Source: Candidatus Woesearchaeota archaeon
GTDB lineage: Archaea > Nanobdellota > Nanobdellia > Woesearchaeales > SM23-78
Assembly (NCBI GenBank): GCA_016935175.1
Contig: JAFGRK010000002.1
Coordinates: 1 to 46,563, forward strand
Direction: 5' to 3'
DNA: 46,563 bases
Of this stretch, positions 19,135 to 28,675 are shown piece after piece. The notes beneath the pieces are model-generated. The model was given only the letters and a program-made list of their open reading frames with translations. It was not told the origin of the DNA and did not search any database. The position numbers and the translations under genes are program-made. The first letter of the stretch is position 1. Every line of letters starts with the position of its first letter.

Positions 19135-20397
19135 ATGACATCAACAAATGAGATTAATCAGAGCTTCATTGAATTTGCAGAAGCGGTAATGGGGCGTGAA
19201 ATGGCACGCCCTTCACATGAAAGGATTGTTACTAGCTTTCAGGACGCAAGGATAGCAGGGCTCCAGGCAATAGTAGACTACATTTTCTCTATGGGAGGGA
19301 AATACCCTAACCCGGTGTCAGCTGATATAACTGAATTCTTCTTGGCAGGTGAGCCATTCAATACGGGCTATCAAATCACTGAGCAGATTATTGGCCCTTC
19401 ACTTGTTAGCAAAGTCAAACCTAACAAGACAGAGGAAATGACTCGGCTGATTACAGGATTTGAACAAGCATCATATGGCATAGTCACACCAGAGTTCAAG
19501 AAATCATTAGACAGCTTGCTTGAAAGAAGCATCAGTAAGGCAAGCATGCTGCTAAATGGAACTTATCTCAAGAGCGAAAACCCCGATAATGAGTTCCAAG
19601 GCCAAAATGTTATTGTGACTGGTTCAAACACAGGTATTGGCAGGGCTGTTGCATTGGAATTCGCAAGAAGAGGAGCAAAGGTGGTTTTGCATTACAGTGC
19701 TCCTGGCTTTGCAAGAGGAGCGCTTTCAGCCCAAGAGATGGTATTAGAATCATCGGGGGAGGCGAAGATATTCCAAGGTGATTTCAGGAAGACAGAAGAA
19801 ATATTTTCTTTCGCAGACCAATCAGCAGAGTATCTTGGCAAGGTTGATGTGATTGTGAATAATGCAGGAATTACCTTAAACAAGGCTTTTGATAAGACCA
19901 CGCCAGAAGACTTTGACAGCCTTTTCAGCGTAAATGTTAAAGGGGCTTATTTCTTGACACAAAAGATGCTACCATATCTTAATAAGAAAGCAAGGATAAT
20001 CAATCTTTCCTCTAACCACGGAGTGAGAGGAATGGCAGGTTATTCAGTGTATGCTTCCACCAAAGCTGCTATAGCTGGTTTGACAAGAGTGCTTGCAATG
20101 GAGCTTTCTCCTATCACAGTCAACTCAATAAGCCCGGGATGGGTGGCGGGAGTAAATCATTTCAAGCTTTCTCCTGAAGTTGATTTCAATGATGAAGGGA
20201 AAAAACAGGTCCCTAACGGCAGGATTGCGAGACCTGACGAGTTTGCCAAGAATGTTGTATGGTTAGCATCCAAAGGCTCAATGAATGTCACTGGCCAAGA
20301 CATAGCAAGCGATGGAGGCCTTTCTATAGGCATGTATTGTGGCAATAGTTGCACAATGGTGAGTGATAAAGAGTGGGGCAAGCAATATTTGAAATGA
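19135..20397 (+). CDS. Two-domain protein: unknown N-terminal domain (~150 aa) fused to short-chain dehydrogenase/reductase (SDR)
   Basis: 420 aa. The C-terminal half has TGSNTGIGRAVALEFARRGAKV (NAD(P) binding), NNAG, and the catalytic Y-x3-K (YSVYASTKAA). Confidence 0.8.
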   Translation: MTSTNEINQSFIEFAEAVMGREMARPSHERIVTSFQDARIAGLQAIVDYIFSMGGKYPNPVSADITEFFLAGEPFNTGYQITEQIIGPSLVSKVKPNKTEEMTRLITGFEQASYGIVTPEFKKSLDSLLERSISKASMLLNGTYLKSENPDNEFQGQNVIVTGSNTGIGRAVALEFARRGAKVVLHYSAPGFARGALSAQEMVLESSGEAKIFQGDFRKTEEIFSFADQSAEYLGKVDVIVNNAGITLNKAFDKTTPEDFDSLFSVNVKGAYFLTQKMLPYLNKKARIINLSSNHGVRGMAGYSVYASTKAAIAGLTRVLAMELSPITVNSISPGWVAGVNHFKLSPEVDFNDEGKKQVPNGRIARPDEFAKNVVWLASKGSMNVTGQDIASDGGLSIGMYCGNSCTMVSDKEWGKQYLK

Positions 20398-20519
20398 TTT
20401 CTTTAAAGCCACAACAAAAATACATTACATCTTTGAATTCCCCAAGAATTGTGATTTTTAATAACGCCGGCTCGAGGCGCAAATATAGGTAGTGCAAATA
20501 TAAAAATTGCTGATTAGAA

Positions 20520-22715
20520 TCACTTGTTTATGATTATGTCCACTAGTTCCTTGAATTCAGCCTTTTCTCGTACGCTATCAAGGTTGCTGTCCTGCTTTAG
20601 CCACTCTACATGCGCAAACCCGCAGCTGACAGCTCGCTGCAGGGATATGATTGCTAGGTCTGTCTCTTCTGCCAAGGAATATATGCAGGCCAGGTTGTAT
20701 AGTAACATGGAATCCTTGGGCTCTAGCTCATAAGCCCTTCTTGCCCATTCAAGGGCTTTTTCCTTTTCTCCAAGGCACACCAATGAATTGGCTCCCATGT
20801 AAAGCGCCCTGGTATCATCAGGGTGAAGCTCAAGATGCTTTTCAACTGCCTTCACCCCTCTTCTCCTTGCATCAGCCCCTTTTTCTTTCATCCCAAGGTC
20901 ATCATATGACTGGGCTACTAGCGTTGGCGGCTGGTAATCTTCAGGCCTTAGCTCATAGGCTCGCTCATAGTGCTTGATAGCCATGTCTTTTTTTCCCTGT
21001 GAGAATAATTCCCTTGCATAAGTGTAGTGGGCTTCAAATGAGTTAGGTGCGAGCTTTACTGCTGCATCAAATTCTTTCTCTGCCTCTTCTGCCTTGTCCA
21101 TTAAAGAGAGCACTGTTCCCCTGGATATGTGGACTTCCATCAGGTCAGGGTCGAGCTTGAGGGCTTTCTTGCTTACAGCATCAGCTTGAGCTATGTAATC
21201 AGGGTTTCTCTGGGAATGTAAATAGAGGAAGGCTAGCGAATCTGCCATGCCTGCATGCGCCAGTGCGTAGTTGCGGTCTATCTCAATTGCGCGGGAGAAT
21301 AGCTGGATTGCAAATTCCATCCCTTTCTTGTTGGTGAGCCTGAAGTATTCTCTTCCCCTGAGGTAATGCTCGTAGGCATCTATGTTCTCTGTCGAGACCT
21401 GCCTCATGAATCTTCTCTCGCTAGGGGTGAGTGAGAGCTCAAAGGTCTTGACTACCCCTTCTGAAATCTCGTTTTGTATCTGGAAGATGTCCTTTAGCTC
21501 CTTATCATATTTCTTGGACCAGAGCTGGAAGCCGTCAGCTACATTGATGAGCTTGACAGTTACTCTCACACGGTTTTCATACTTGAAGATGCTTCCTTCG
21601 ATGACAGCATTCACCTCTAGATTGTCTCCTATCTCCTGAGAGTCCATCTCCTTTCCCTTGAACTTGAAGGATGAAGTCCTAGATTTCACTCTTATGTCTT
21701 TCACATGGCTGAGCGCGTTGATGAGCTCCTCTGCGAGGCCATCGCAGAAATATTCCTGGTCTTTTGCAGGGCTGATGTCCATGAAAGGAAGCACTGCGAT
21801 TGATAATGACTTGCGGTCTGATGGGGAGTAAGGCTGCTTCATTGCATTGCTGAGCTCCTCGAGAAGCTCTGTTGCTGAGCCAAACCTTTTCTCAGGCTCC
21901 TTGGAAAGGCACTTGCTCACGAGGCGGTCAAGCCTTGCGCTGACATTCATGTTGATTTCGCTTGGCATGCGGGGAGTGTCCTTGAGCACTGAGGCTATGA
22001 CTTCGCTTGGTGTCCTGCCCTTAAATGGCTTTTTGCCTGTGAGCATCTCATAGAATATTATTCCGAGTGAGAAGACATCTGATTGCAGGACTTTTGGCTT
22101 GCCCACAATGTTCTCAGGAGACATGTAATGGTAAGTTCCTGTCAGCCCCTTCTCGCCGACAAATGTCATGGTCTTGTCTTGGTCGGGGTCGAACTCTTTT
22201 TCTTGGTAGCGGCTTGCTAGCCCGAAATCAAGCACTTTGACGATACCTTCTTCATCTGTTATCATAATATTTGCTGGCTTAAGGTCACCGTGTATGATGT
22301 TTTTATTATGGGCAGCTCCTACTGCTTGAACTATAGGAATGGAGGCATTGAAAAAAGTTTTAATGGCCATTCCTCTCTTGGGCATTAGCTCCTTGAGGGT
22401 TTTACCCTTGATGTATTCCATGGTTATGCAATTTAACCCTTCAAGCTTCCCTATGCTATAGATGGTGACTATGTTAGGGTGCTTGAGTTTGGCCACAGTC
22501 CTTGCCTCTTGTGCGAACCTGTTTAGCCATCCCAAGTCATTGTTATATTTTTCTGGCAAGAACTTTATGGCAATCTCCCTGTTCAGGCGCTCATCCATTG
22601 CCTTCCATACCACGCCCATGCCGCCTTCACCTAGCTTATCAATGAAGCTGTAATGGTATATTTGTGCTCCAGGCTTTATCTGCGTAAGCATTGATTCAAG
22701 ATTTGTTTCACCCAT
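20520..22715 (-). CDS. Ser/Thr protein kinase fused to C-terminal TPR repeats
   Basis: 731 aa. It has GEGGMGVVWKA (Gly loop), AIK, HGDLKPANIM, DFGLA, and at least 6 TPR-like repeats in the C-terminal half. Confidence 0.9.
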   Translation of the reverse strand: MGETNLESMLTQIKPGAQIYHYSFIDKLGEGGMGVVWKAMDERLNREIAIKFLPEKYNNDLGWLNRFAQEARTVAKLKHPNIVTIYSIGKLEGLNCITMEYIKGKTLKELMPKRGMAIKTFFNASIPIVQAVGAAHNKNIIHGDLKPANIMITDEEGIVKVLDFGLASRYQEKEFDPDQDKTMTFVGEKGLTGTYHYMSPENIVGKPKVLQSDVFSLGIIFYEMLTGKKPFKGRTPSEVIASVLKDTPRMPSEINMNVSARLDRLVSKCLSKEPEKRFGSATELLEELSNAMKQPYSPSDRKSLSIAVLPFMDISPAKDQEYFCDGLAEELINALSHVKDIRVKSRTSSFKFKGKEMDSQEIGDNLEVNAVIEGSIFKYENRVRVTVKLINVADGFQLWSKKYDKELKDIFQIQNEISEGVVKTFELSLTPSERRFMRQVSTENIDAYEHYLRGREYFRLTNKKGMEFAIQLFSRAIEIDRNYALAHAGMADSLAFLYLHSQRNPDYIAQADAVSKKALKLDPDLMEVHISRGTVLSLMDKAEEAEKEFDAAVKLAPNSFEAHYTYARELFSQGKKDMAIKHYERAYELRPEDYQPPTLVAQSYDDLGMKEKGADARRRGVKAVEKHLELHPDDTRALYMGANSLVCLGEKEKALEWARRAYELEPKDSMLLYNLACIYSLAEETDLAIISLQRAVSCGFAHVEWLKQDSNLDSVREKAEFKELVDIIINK

Positions 22716-22865
22716 AGCACTAGCAGTTAATAGGCTCCTAGTTAAATATTTTGCTTTGCATAGTTAAAAGAGCCCCGCCGGCGAGGCGCAAATAATGTTT
22801 CAGTAGAGCAATATTTCACTATTATTTGCCATTATTATCTTCAATATAGAAACTAAATAAGCGAA

Positions 22866-22935
22866 AAAAAGAGAGGGACCAGGCCAGGAAACCATACCTT
22901 TGGCTTTCACCAAAGAAGCTTCCTAGCCTGGCTTA
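22866..22935 (-). terminator. Putative intrinsic terminator for the minus-strand gene array (compound hairpin followed by T-tract on the minus strand)
   Basis: GGCCAGG..CCTGGC and inner CTTTGG/CCAAAG stems. On the minus strand the hairpin is followed by TCCCTCTCTTTTTTTCGC. It lies about 110-180 bp downstream of the flotillin stop. Confidence 0.4.
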
Positions 22936-23042
22936 GCATCCCACGCTAAACTTCCCCCTCATTTCTCAAAATAAAATTCGGGTTTAATCTCCTTTCCACA
23001 TCTTTCTTACATCGAAGAGCGATTCAGCATCCCTTCTTGCTG

Positions 23043-24452
23043 TTAGCTCTTCTTGGCCTGCTTGCCGTCATCCTTCTTGACTTCCGCGGCATCCTCTGCG
23101 TCAGGCAGCTTCTTGCCGAGGAAATCCGGAAGCTGCAGGCCGGCGACTTCCATGATGCTGGCCAGCGGAGGGATGGACTTCACGATGCCAGAGATGAACT
23201 TGGCCGTGATAGGGGTTCCGTCGCCGTTGCCTCCGCCCATGTTGTCCCAGACAACGATCTTGCCGAAGTCGATGTTCTTGATGGCGTCGGCGTTGATGGT
23301 AGCGAGCTCCTTCATCTGCTCGATGATGAGCATGGTGGCAGCGGCCTTGGGATCTCCCCCGACAGAATCAACCAGCTTCTTGAAGCCCTCTGCCTTCTTC
23401 TCGAGGATGGCGAGGATGCCCTGGGCCTGGCCTTCCATCTCGCGCTGAACCTTGAGACCCTGCCCCATGCCTTCCTGCTCCAGGCGGATCTTCTCAGCCT
23501 CAGCTTCGTTCCTGATTTTCTCCTTCTGGAGCTCAGCAGGGACAACGATATTGATGGACTCAGAGACCTTTTCCCTTTCCCTACGCGCAGCCTCAGCTTT
23601 TTGCTCGGCCACATAAGCTTCTTCCAAGGCCTTGGCAGCGTTGACCTTCTCGGCGCTCACAGCCAGCTTGTCGGCCTCAGCCACCTTTTCCCGGCGCTCA
23701 GCATTGGACTGCGCGATCTTGACCTTGGACTTGTTCTCGCCCTCGACGGCCGTGGCATCGGCAGAAGCGACGTTGATGCGCTCAATCTTCTTGGCATCAG
23801 CCTGCCCTGTGGCGCCGTCTCTCTCCTTCTCGGCGACGTCGACGCGTGCCTGCTGGATTGCGTTAGCAGCAGCTTTCTTGCCCAGGGCCTCAATGTACCC
23901 GCTTTCGTCCGTGATGTCCTTGATGTTGACGTTGATGAGCTTCAGGCCCAGCTTCTTCAGCTCGTTCTCAACGTTGTCCTGGACTTTCTTCTCGAAAATC
24001 TCGCGATCGGTGTTGATCTCCTCGATGTCCATCGTGGCCACTGTGGTCCTGAGCTGGCCGTAGATGATCTCCTCGGCATTCTTTTCGATCTCCGGCCTCT
24101 TCATGCTCAGGAGGCGGGATGCAGCCAACTGCATTATCTCAGGCTCAGTGGAGATGGCAATCGTGAACCTGGAAGGCACATTGATGCGGATATTCTGCTT
24201 GGAGAGCGCGTTCTTCAGGTCGATATCGATGGTCATGGGTGTGAGATCCAGGAAGCCATAGTCCTGAATCATAGGCCAGATGAACTTGGCTCCTCCGTGC
24301 TGGCACTTGCCGGCTTGCTTGCCACCGATCTTTCCCCAGACGACCAGGATCTTGTCAGAAGGGCACCTCTTGTATCGCGCCATGGCGACCAGGAAGGTGA
24401 CGAAAGCCATGACTACAAGAGCTGCGACCAGATACAACCAAGATAAGCTCAT
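23043..24452 (-). CDS. Flotillin (SPFH/Band-7 domain, FloT/YqiK-like)
   Basis: 469 aa. It has an N-terminal TM, an SPFH domain, then a long Ala/Glu/Lys-rich coiled coil (EAEKIRLEQEG, AEQKAEAARREREK). Confidence 0.9.
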   Translation of the reverse strand: MSLSWLYLVAALVVMAFVTFLVAMARYKRCPSDKILVVWGKIGGKQAGKCQHGGAKFIWPMIQDYGFLDLTPMTIDIDLKNALSKQNIRINVPSRFTIAISTEPEIMQLAASRLLSMKRPEIEKNAEEIIYGQLRTTVATMDIEEINTDREIFEKKVQDNVENELKKLGLKLINVNIKDITDESGYIEALGKKAAANAIQQARVDVAEKERDGATGQADAKKIERINVASADATAVEGENKSKVKIAQSNAERREKVAEADKLAVSAEKVNAAKALEEAYVAEQKAEAARREREKVSESINIVVPAELQKEKIRNEAEAEKIRLEQEGMGQGLKVQREMEGQAQGILAILEKKAEGFKKLVDSVGGDPKAAATMLIIEQMKELATINADAIKNIDFGKIVVWDNMGGGNGDGTPITAKFISGIVKSIPPLASIMEVAGLQLPDFLGKKLPDAEDAAEVKKDDGKQAKKS

Positions 24453-24552
24453 TCAATTTCTCCTTGTTGATGAATTTTTTTGCCAGTTAGCAATGGTAAA
24501 ACTGTTTCTAGCAAATCGCCACGAAGTTTTTACTCCTTGTGCTCCTCCTTTC

Positions 24553-25218
24553 CTATGTGTTGAGAGAGGTCACGATGAGCGTCTTTCCGCCGATGATCCC
24601 TGTGATCTTGCACTTCTCGTAAGGGTGAAGGGTGGTTTCGCCCTTGGTCATCGCGTCAAAATCCATGAGCCTTCCCTGGATCTTAACCTCGACCTTGCCA
24701 GTGCCCTTCATCTCTCCGTCGATGCGGATGGTCACAGTAGCCTCTTGGCCAACGGCGTTCTGGATGTTGACTGTGCCGTCATCTTGGAGCTTGGAAAGCA
24801 AGCCCAGGATAGCCATGTTGATGACGACAAACCCAAAGCCGAAGGCCAAAGCCAGAATCACAGACCAGGCATCTGCCAGTCCAGAGCCCTTACAGGCAAT
24901 GCCTGACCATCCGAGCCCCACGAAGAACGATATCAGGTTGCGGATAGTGAGGTATTGCAGAATCGAGCTGTATCCTCCGCTGTCATCATGGCTGCCATGG
25001 GCGTCATGACCGTGAGCATCGCTGATGCTGCTGTCACTGATGCCCTCGTGGGAACCTGAGAATCCATCGTGGCCATCAAAGCCCCCGACATCAGTGTCAT
25101 GATGGCCCATGCCGACCAGGAAAAGGATGAACTGGATCAGGAAAAGAAGGCTTGCGATTAGCGCTGATCCCCAGAAGAATTGGAGAATAGGCTCCAATCC
25201 ATTCCACCACTCATTCAT
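24553..25218 (-). CDS. NfeD-like membrane protein (flotillin-associated; OB-fold C-terminus) with His/Asp/Gly-rich insert
   Basis: 221 aa. It has TM helices and a C-terminal beta-rich domain (TVTIRIDGEMKGTGKVEVKIQGRLMDF) typical of short NfeD. It is upstream of and co-directional with flotillin, as in yuaF-floT. Confidence 0.7.
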   Translation of the reverse strand: MNEWWNGLEPILQFFWGSALIASLLFLIQFILFLVGMGHHDTDVGGFDGHDGFSGSHEGISDSSISDAHGHDAHGSHDDSGGYSSILQYLTIRNLISFFVGLGWSGIACKGSGLADAWSVILALAFGFGFVVINMAILGLLSKLQDDGTVNIQNAVGQEATVTIRIDGEMKGTGKVEVKIQGRLMDFDAMTKGETTLHPYEKCKITGIIGGKTLIVTSLNT

Positions 25219-25438
25219 TAGGTTCTCCTTTTAAGAGTGTTTTTTCCATCGGCCTAAGGAAGAAAGACAGAACTATCATAGCCCTTAGCGTTCTTCCCTT
25301 CTAATCACCCTCAATTTTTCCTTCTTGCCCTAAAGCTCCTTTCAAACACTAGATTATTGTCACGTAATCATCTTTAGTGTTATTATTGGATTGCTTTCTC
25401 ACATTAAGAAAGCCCTCTCCCTTCCTCGGCTCGTTTGG

Positions 25439-25663
25439 CTACGTCTTGATAGTGGACAGGTCCACGCCTTGCCTGAGGACACGGCACATCTCAGAGCTGC
25501 AGAACTTGATGTCTTCCATGACCTGGATGAACATGAGGGCTGTGGGCCTGAACTTGTAGGCGTGGATGTACCTGAGCAGGTGCCTTGCAGCTTCCTTGTT
25601 CACGCCAGGCATGTCGACAGCGAGCAATGAACCAATCTCCCCTTGCGAAAGACGCCTAAGCAT
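25439..25663 (-). CDS. Small hypothetical protein, possibly helix-hairpin-helix-like
   Basis: 74 aa with an SD AAGGAGG 8 nt upstream. A weak HhH-like pattern (EIGSLLAVDMPGVNKEAARHLLRYI) is present. Confidence 0.45.
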   Translation of the reverse strand: MLRRLSQGEIGSLLAVDMPGVNKEAARHLLRYIHAYKFRPTALMFIQVMEDIKFCSSEMCRVLRQGVDLSTIKT

Positions 25664-25737
25664 GATGTTGCCTCCTTTTCTCTTTTTGGATTATCTATCT
25701 AAACAACGCAGCGATGAGTCGCGCCAGTCATTAAGCT

Positions 25738-26211
25738 TCAGCTTCCCTGCTGCTTCTTGGCTGATTGCAGGATGCTGACGAGGTTCTTGCCTTCCAGCTT
25801 GTTCTTTTCTAGGGCCTTCTGCTTGAGCTCCCTGATCTTGCCTTCCAGGGCCTTCTTGAGCCTCTTGAAACCATCGGTGTCATTGAGGATATCATCCTCG
25901 CAGTCGTACTCCTTCTGATCACCGATGCTGATGGAGAGGTAATAAGCCTTGTCGGGCTCAGGTTCAGTTGGCCTGAAAGGGGAGTCGGTGATGAAGGAGA
26001 GCTTGATGATCGTGACCTCTTGCCCCATAGGAGGTGTGTCCTCGGTCAGCTTGAACTCCACAGCTGCCCAGAACTTGCCTTCGATGGAGTCGCCTGCTGG
26101 CTTGAACTCCCACTTAGGGCCGGGGTTCTCCAGGATGTCAGAGAAGAGGTTGCCGATGAGATCGAGCTGATCCCTGTCGAAGAGCGAGATTTTTTTTTTC
26201 TCTTTGCGCAA
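25738..26211 (-). CDS. Hypothetical protein with C-terminal coiled coil
   Basis: 157 aa, no recognisable domain. Confidence 0.5.
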   Translation of the reverse strand: MRKEKKKISLFDRDQLDLIGNLFSDILENPGPKWEFKPAGDSIEGKFWAAVEFKLTEDTPPMGQEVTIIKLSFITDSPFRPTEPEPDKAYYLSISIGDQKEYDCEDDILNDTDGFKRLKKALEGKIRELKQKALEKNKLEGKNLVSILQSAKKQQGS

Positions 26212-26340
26212 TGTGGTTTTCCTCCTTGTAGATTATTTATAACAAAAAAAGAAAGGGCTTACTTGGCCTCTGCTTTTTTTTAGAGCATTAACTTTTCAGC
26301 CCTTCTCTTGGAAAACTGTGCAGGCCTCTTTTTCTGGCTC

Positions 26341-27399
26341 TTACCTTGGAGCTACCAGGACCAAGGCTTCCAGGATGAAAATAGCACCGATGTCCAAAGC
26401 TTCATTCTGGATGTACTCAACTGCGAGCTTCATCCTGTCTAAGAAGACTTGTGCAATGCTTTGCGACGGCCCGCGAGGATGGTGAGGAATCTGGTTGGGA
26501 TAGGCTTGGTTGATCTCAGCGAGCATTCCTGAGATGAGCCTTGCTCCTTCCTGGAATTTGCCCTGCTTGAAAAGCTCCTTGATAGGCAATAGTTGGTCCA
26601 CAAAGCGCTGCTCTAGCATCACGAACTTGGGCTTGAGCTCAAGGATGGCGTCTATGAGCAATTCTGCTCCTTGGCTATGGTTGCCTTGCCTGAACTGCTC
26701 CATGCCTTCCATGATGAAAGCCCTGTGTGCGCCTTGGAAATCTCCAGGGTTCTTGTCAGGAGGCTGGCCTGGCCTATCGCTGGGAAACCTCTTGCGAGGA
26801 GGGCGAGGATGCTCTTTCTCCCATTGCTGGCGCAGATCTTCTGCTTTGCTGATGTGCTTTGAGAACTTCTGCCTGGCTGCTTCCAGCTTTTTCTCTGCGA
26901 TGGGAATGTAGTGGTTGATGTCCTTCTCAGCCTCTGCTCCTGTCACATCTAATGTGGCCTTGCCCTTGGTCATCTCGACTTTGAAGCTCGGAGCAGCTTT
27001 CTCGCCCGGCCTCTGCCTTTCTCTCGTGATCTCGTAGCGCTTGTTGCCTTCTCTTACCCAGACCTTCTCGACGCCCATCATCTGGTTGTACTGCACGCCG
27101 AAGCGCAAGGTTTTCAGGTTCTTGAGCAGGAAGATGCTCTTGTATTCGTGCAGGGCTTGACCTGTGTGGTGCCTGCCTAAGCCCTGGGCGTACACGATGG
27201 ACAAGGCCTTGAATGGCTCTGTCTTGGTGATCCTGAGCCCGATGGGAGCCTTGCTCCTCTCCTGGTAGTTGATGGTCGTTCTGGCCTTGGTGAGAAGCAG
27301 GTAGGCTGCGATCAGGGTGGCGCATATGCTGGCGATGATGATAAGCCAAGCTTTGCCTTTCCTGGGCAAAGGCTGATTGATGGTTGCGGTATCGTTCAT
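26341..27399 (-). CDS. Membrane-anchored hypothetical protein (single N-terminal TM)
   Basis: I place the start at the internal Met (MNDTATINQ..., ATG at 27397-27399), preceded by GGAG 9 nt upstream. The longer track ORF (to 27609) would overlap the upstream permease by 185 nt. Confidence 0.55.
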   Translation of the reverse strand: MNDTATINQPLPRKGKAWLIIIASICATLIAAYLLLTKARTTINYQERSKAPIGLRITKTEPFKALSIVYAQGLGRHHTGQALHEYKSIFLLKNLKTLRFGVQYNQMMGVEKVWVREGNKRYEITRERQRPGEKAAPSFKVEMTKGKATLDVTGAEAEKDINHYIPIAEKKLEAARQKFSKHISKAEDLRQQWEKEHPRPPRKRFPSDRPGQPPDKNPGDFQGAHRAFIMEGMEQFRQGNHSQGAELLIDAILELKPKFVMLEQRFVDQLLPIKELFKQGKFQEGARLISGMLAEINQAYPNQIPHHPRGPSQSIAQVFLDRMKLAVEYIQNEALDIGAIFILEALVLVAPR

Positions 27400-27424
27400 G
27401 TTGTTTCTCCTTTTGTGATGCGCC

Positions 27425-28675
27425 TTACTCGTACCTGAGCGCTTCGATAGGGTCAAGCCTTGAAGCCTTGCGCGCAGGGTAGAAGCCGAAGAACACTCCG
27501 ACTGCGACTGAGAATCCGAAAGCCAGGAAGATGGAGCTAGGAGATACGATGGTGGTGATGGTGGCGAACATTGGTATGAAGTGGAGTAGCTTGGAGACTG
27601 CGAAGCCAAAGCCTATGCCTATTAATCCTCCTGTTACGCTGAGCACTATGGCTTCAAAGAGGAACTGGATGAGGATGTCCTCTTCCTGGCCGCCCACTGC
27701 CATCCTGATGCCTATCTCCCTGATGCGCTCGGTGACTGACACCAGCATGATGTTCATGATGCCGATGCCACCGACGAGCAATGAGATGGAGGCTATGCTT
27801 CCTAGCAGGATGGTGAAGATGTTCTGCGACTCTGCAGCGCTCTCTGCGATGTCTGCCATGTTGCGCACAGAAAAATTGTCAGCTTGGCCTGGCTGGACTC
27901 TGTTGTACTCGCGCATTAGCGTCTCAACTTCTCTCTGGGCAGCGTCAGTGGAAGAGGCGCTGTAAGCAGCCATCTGGATTTCCTGCAGCTGGGCATTGGC
28001 GCCGATAATCCTAGTGGATACAGTGGTGTAAGGCGCTAGTATCAGGTCATCCCTGCTGCCGAACCCTCCTGACTGTCCCTTGGCCCTGAGTACCCCTATG
28101 ACTTCGAAAACCACAGTCTTGATCCTGAGGATTTGGCCTATGGGGTCGTCGTCTGGGAAGATCTTGGCGACTGTGTCAGCTCCGAGCACGCAAACCCTTG
28201 CCCCTTCTTCTACTTCTTTCTGGGTGAAGAACCTGCTGCCAGAGTAGGTGTAGTCCAGGTTCCAGTTGCCTATGATTTCATAGTTCTCGTTCACTCCCTG
28301 GATTGAGGTGTTCCAGTTCTTGTTGCCGAACACGACCTGGGCCCTGGTCTGGTAGAGGGGTGTGATGTACTGCACGCTCGGGCATCTCTGCTTGATGAGA
28401 TCTACTAGCTCGAGCTTCAAGGGCAGGCTTCCTGCTCCGCTCTGAACCCCTCCTGGGCCCCTGAAACTGCCTGACCTGAGGCTGAGGTTGTTGGTGCCCA
28501 TGGCTTCGAACCTGGACTGGACAGCAGCCTTGGCGCCTGCGCCGATGCTCACCATTGCAATGACTGCCCCGACGCCGATGATAATGCCAAGCATAGTGAG
28601 AGCTGTGCGCATCTTGTTGCGGGTGAGAGCCCTGAGCGAGAGCCTGAAAATCCTTAGCACTCTCATTGGCTTCAT
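27425..28675 (-). CDS. ABC transporter permease, MacB/FtsX type (N-terminal TM, periplasmic core domain, C-terminal FtsX 3-TM bundle)
   Basis: 416 aa with the architecture described. Its start overlaps the upstream ATPase stop. Confidence 0.85.
   Translation of the reverse strand: MKPMRVLRIFRLSLRALTRNKMRTALTMLGIIIGVGAVIAMVSIGAGAKAAVQSRFEAMGTNNLSLRSGSFRGPGGVQSGAGSLPLKLELVDLIKQRCPSVQYITPLYQTRAQVVFGNKNWNTSIQGVNENYEIIGNWNLDYTYSGSRFFTQKEVEEGARVCVLGADTVAKIFPDDDPIGQILRIKTVVFEVIGVLRAKGQSGGFGSRDDLILAPYTTVSTRIIGANAQLQEIQMAAYSASSTDAAQREVETLMREYNRVQPGQADNFSVRNMADIAESAAESQNIFTILLGSIASISLLVGGIGIMNIMLVSVTERIREIGIRMAVGGQEEDILIQFLFEAIVLSVTGGLIGIGFGFAVSKLLHFIPMFATITTIVSPSSIFLAFGFSVAVGVFFGFYPARKASRLDPIEALRYE

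Noticed and set aside
23037-24446. 469-aa plus-strand ORF, and several 60-140-aa ORFs on both strands between 23.0 and 27.4 kb
   Set aside because: They are antisense or off-frame shadows inside the flotillin, NfeD and membrane-protein genes. Their products are low-complexity (LLDD.., RRR.., SSS..) with no start-site support. The minus-strand SPFH gene explains the region.
27400-27609. N-terminal 70-aa extension of the 26341..27609 ORF (MASQSPSYSTSYQCSPPSPP...)
   Set aside because: It would overlap the upstream ABC permease by 185 nt. The sequence is Ser/Pro low-complexity. An internal ATG at 27399 has a GGAG site 9 nt upstream and leaves a 25-bp gap to the permease stop.
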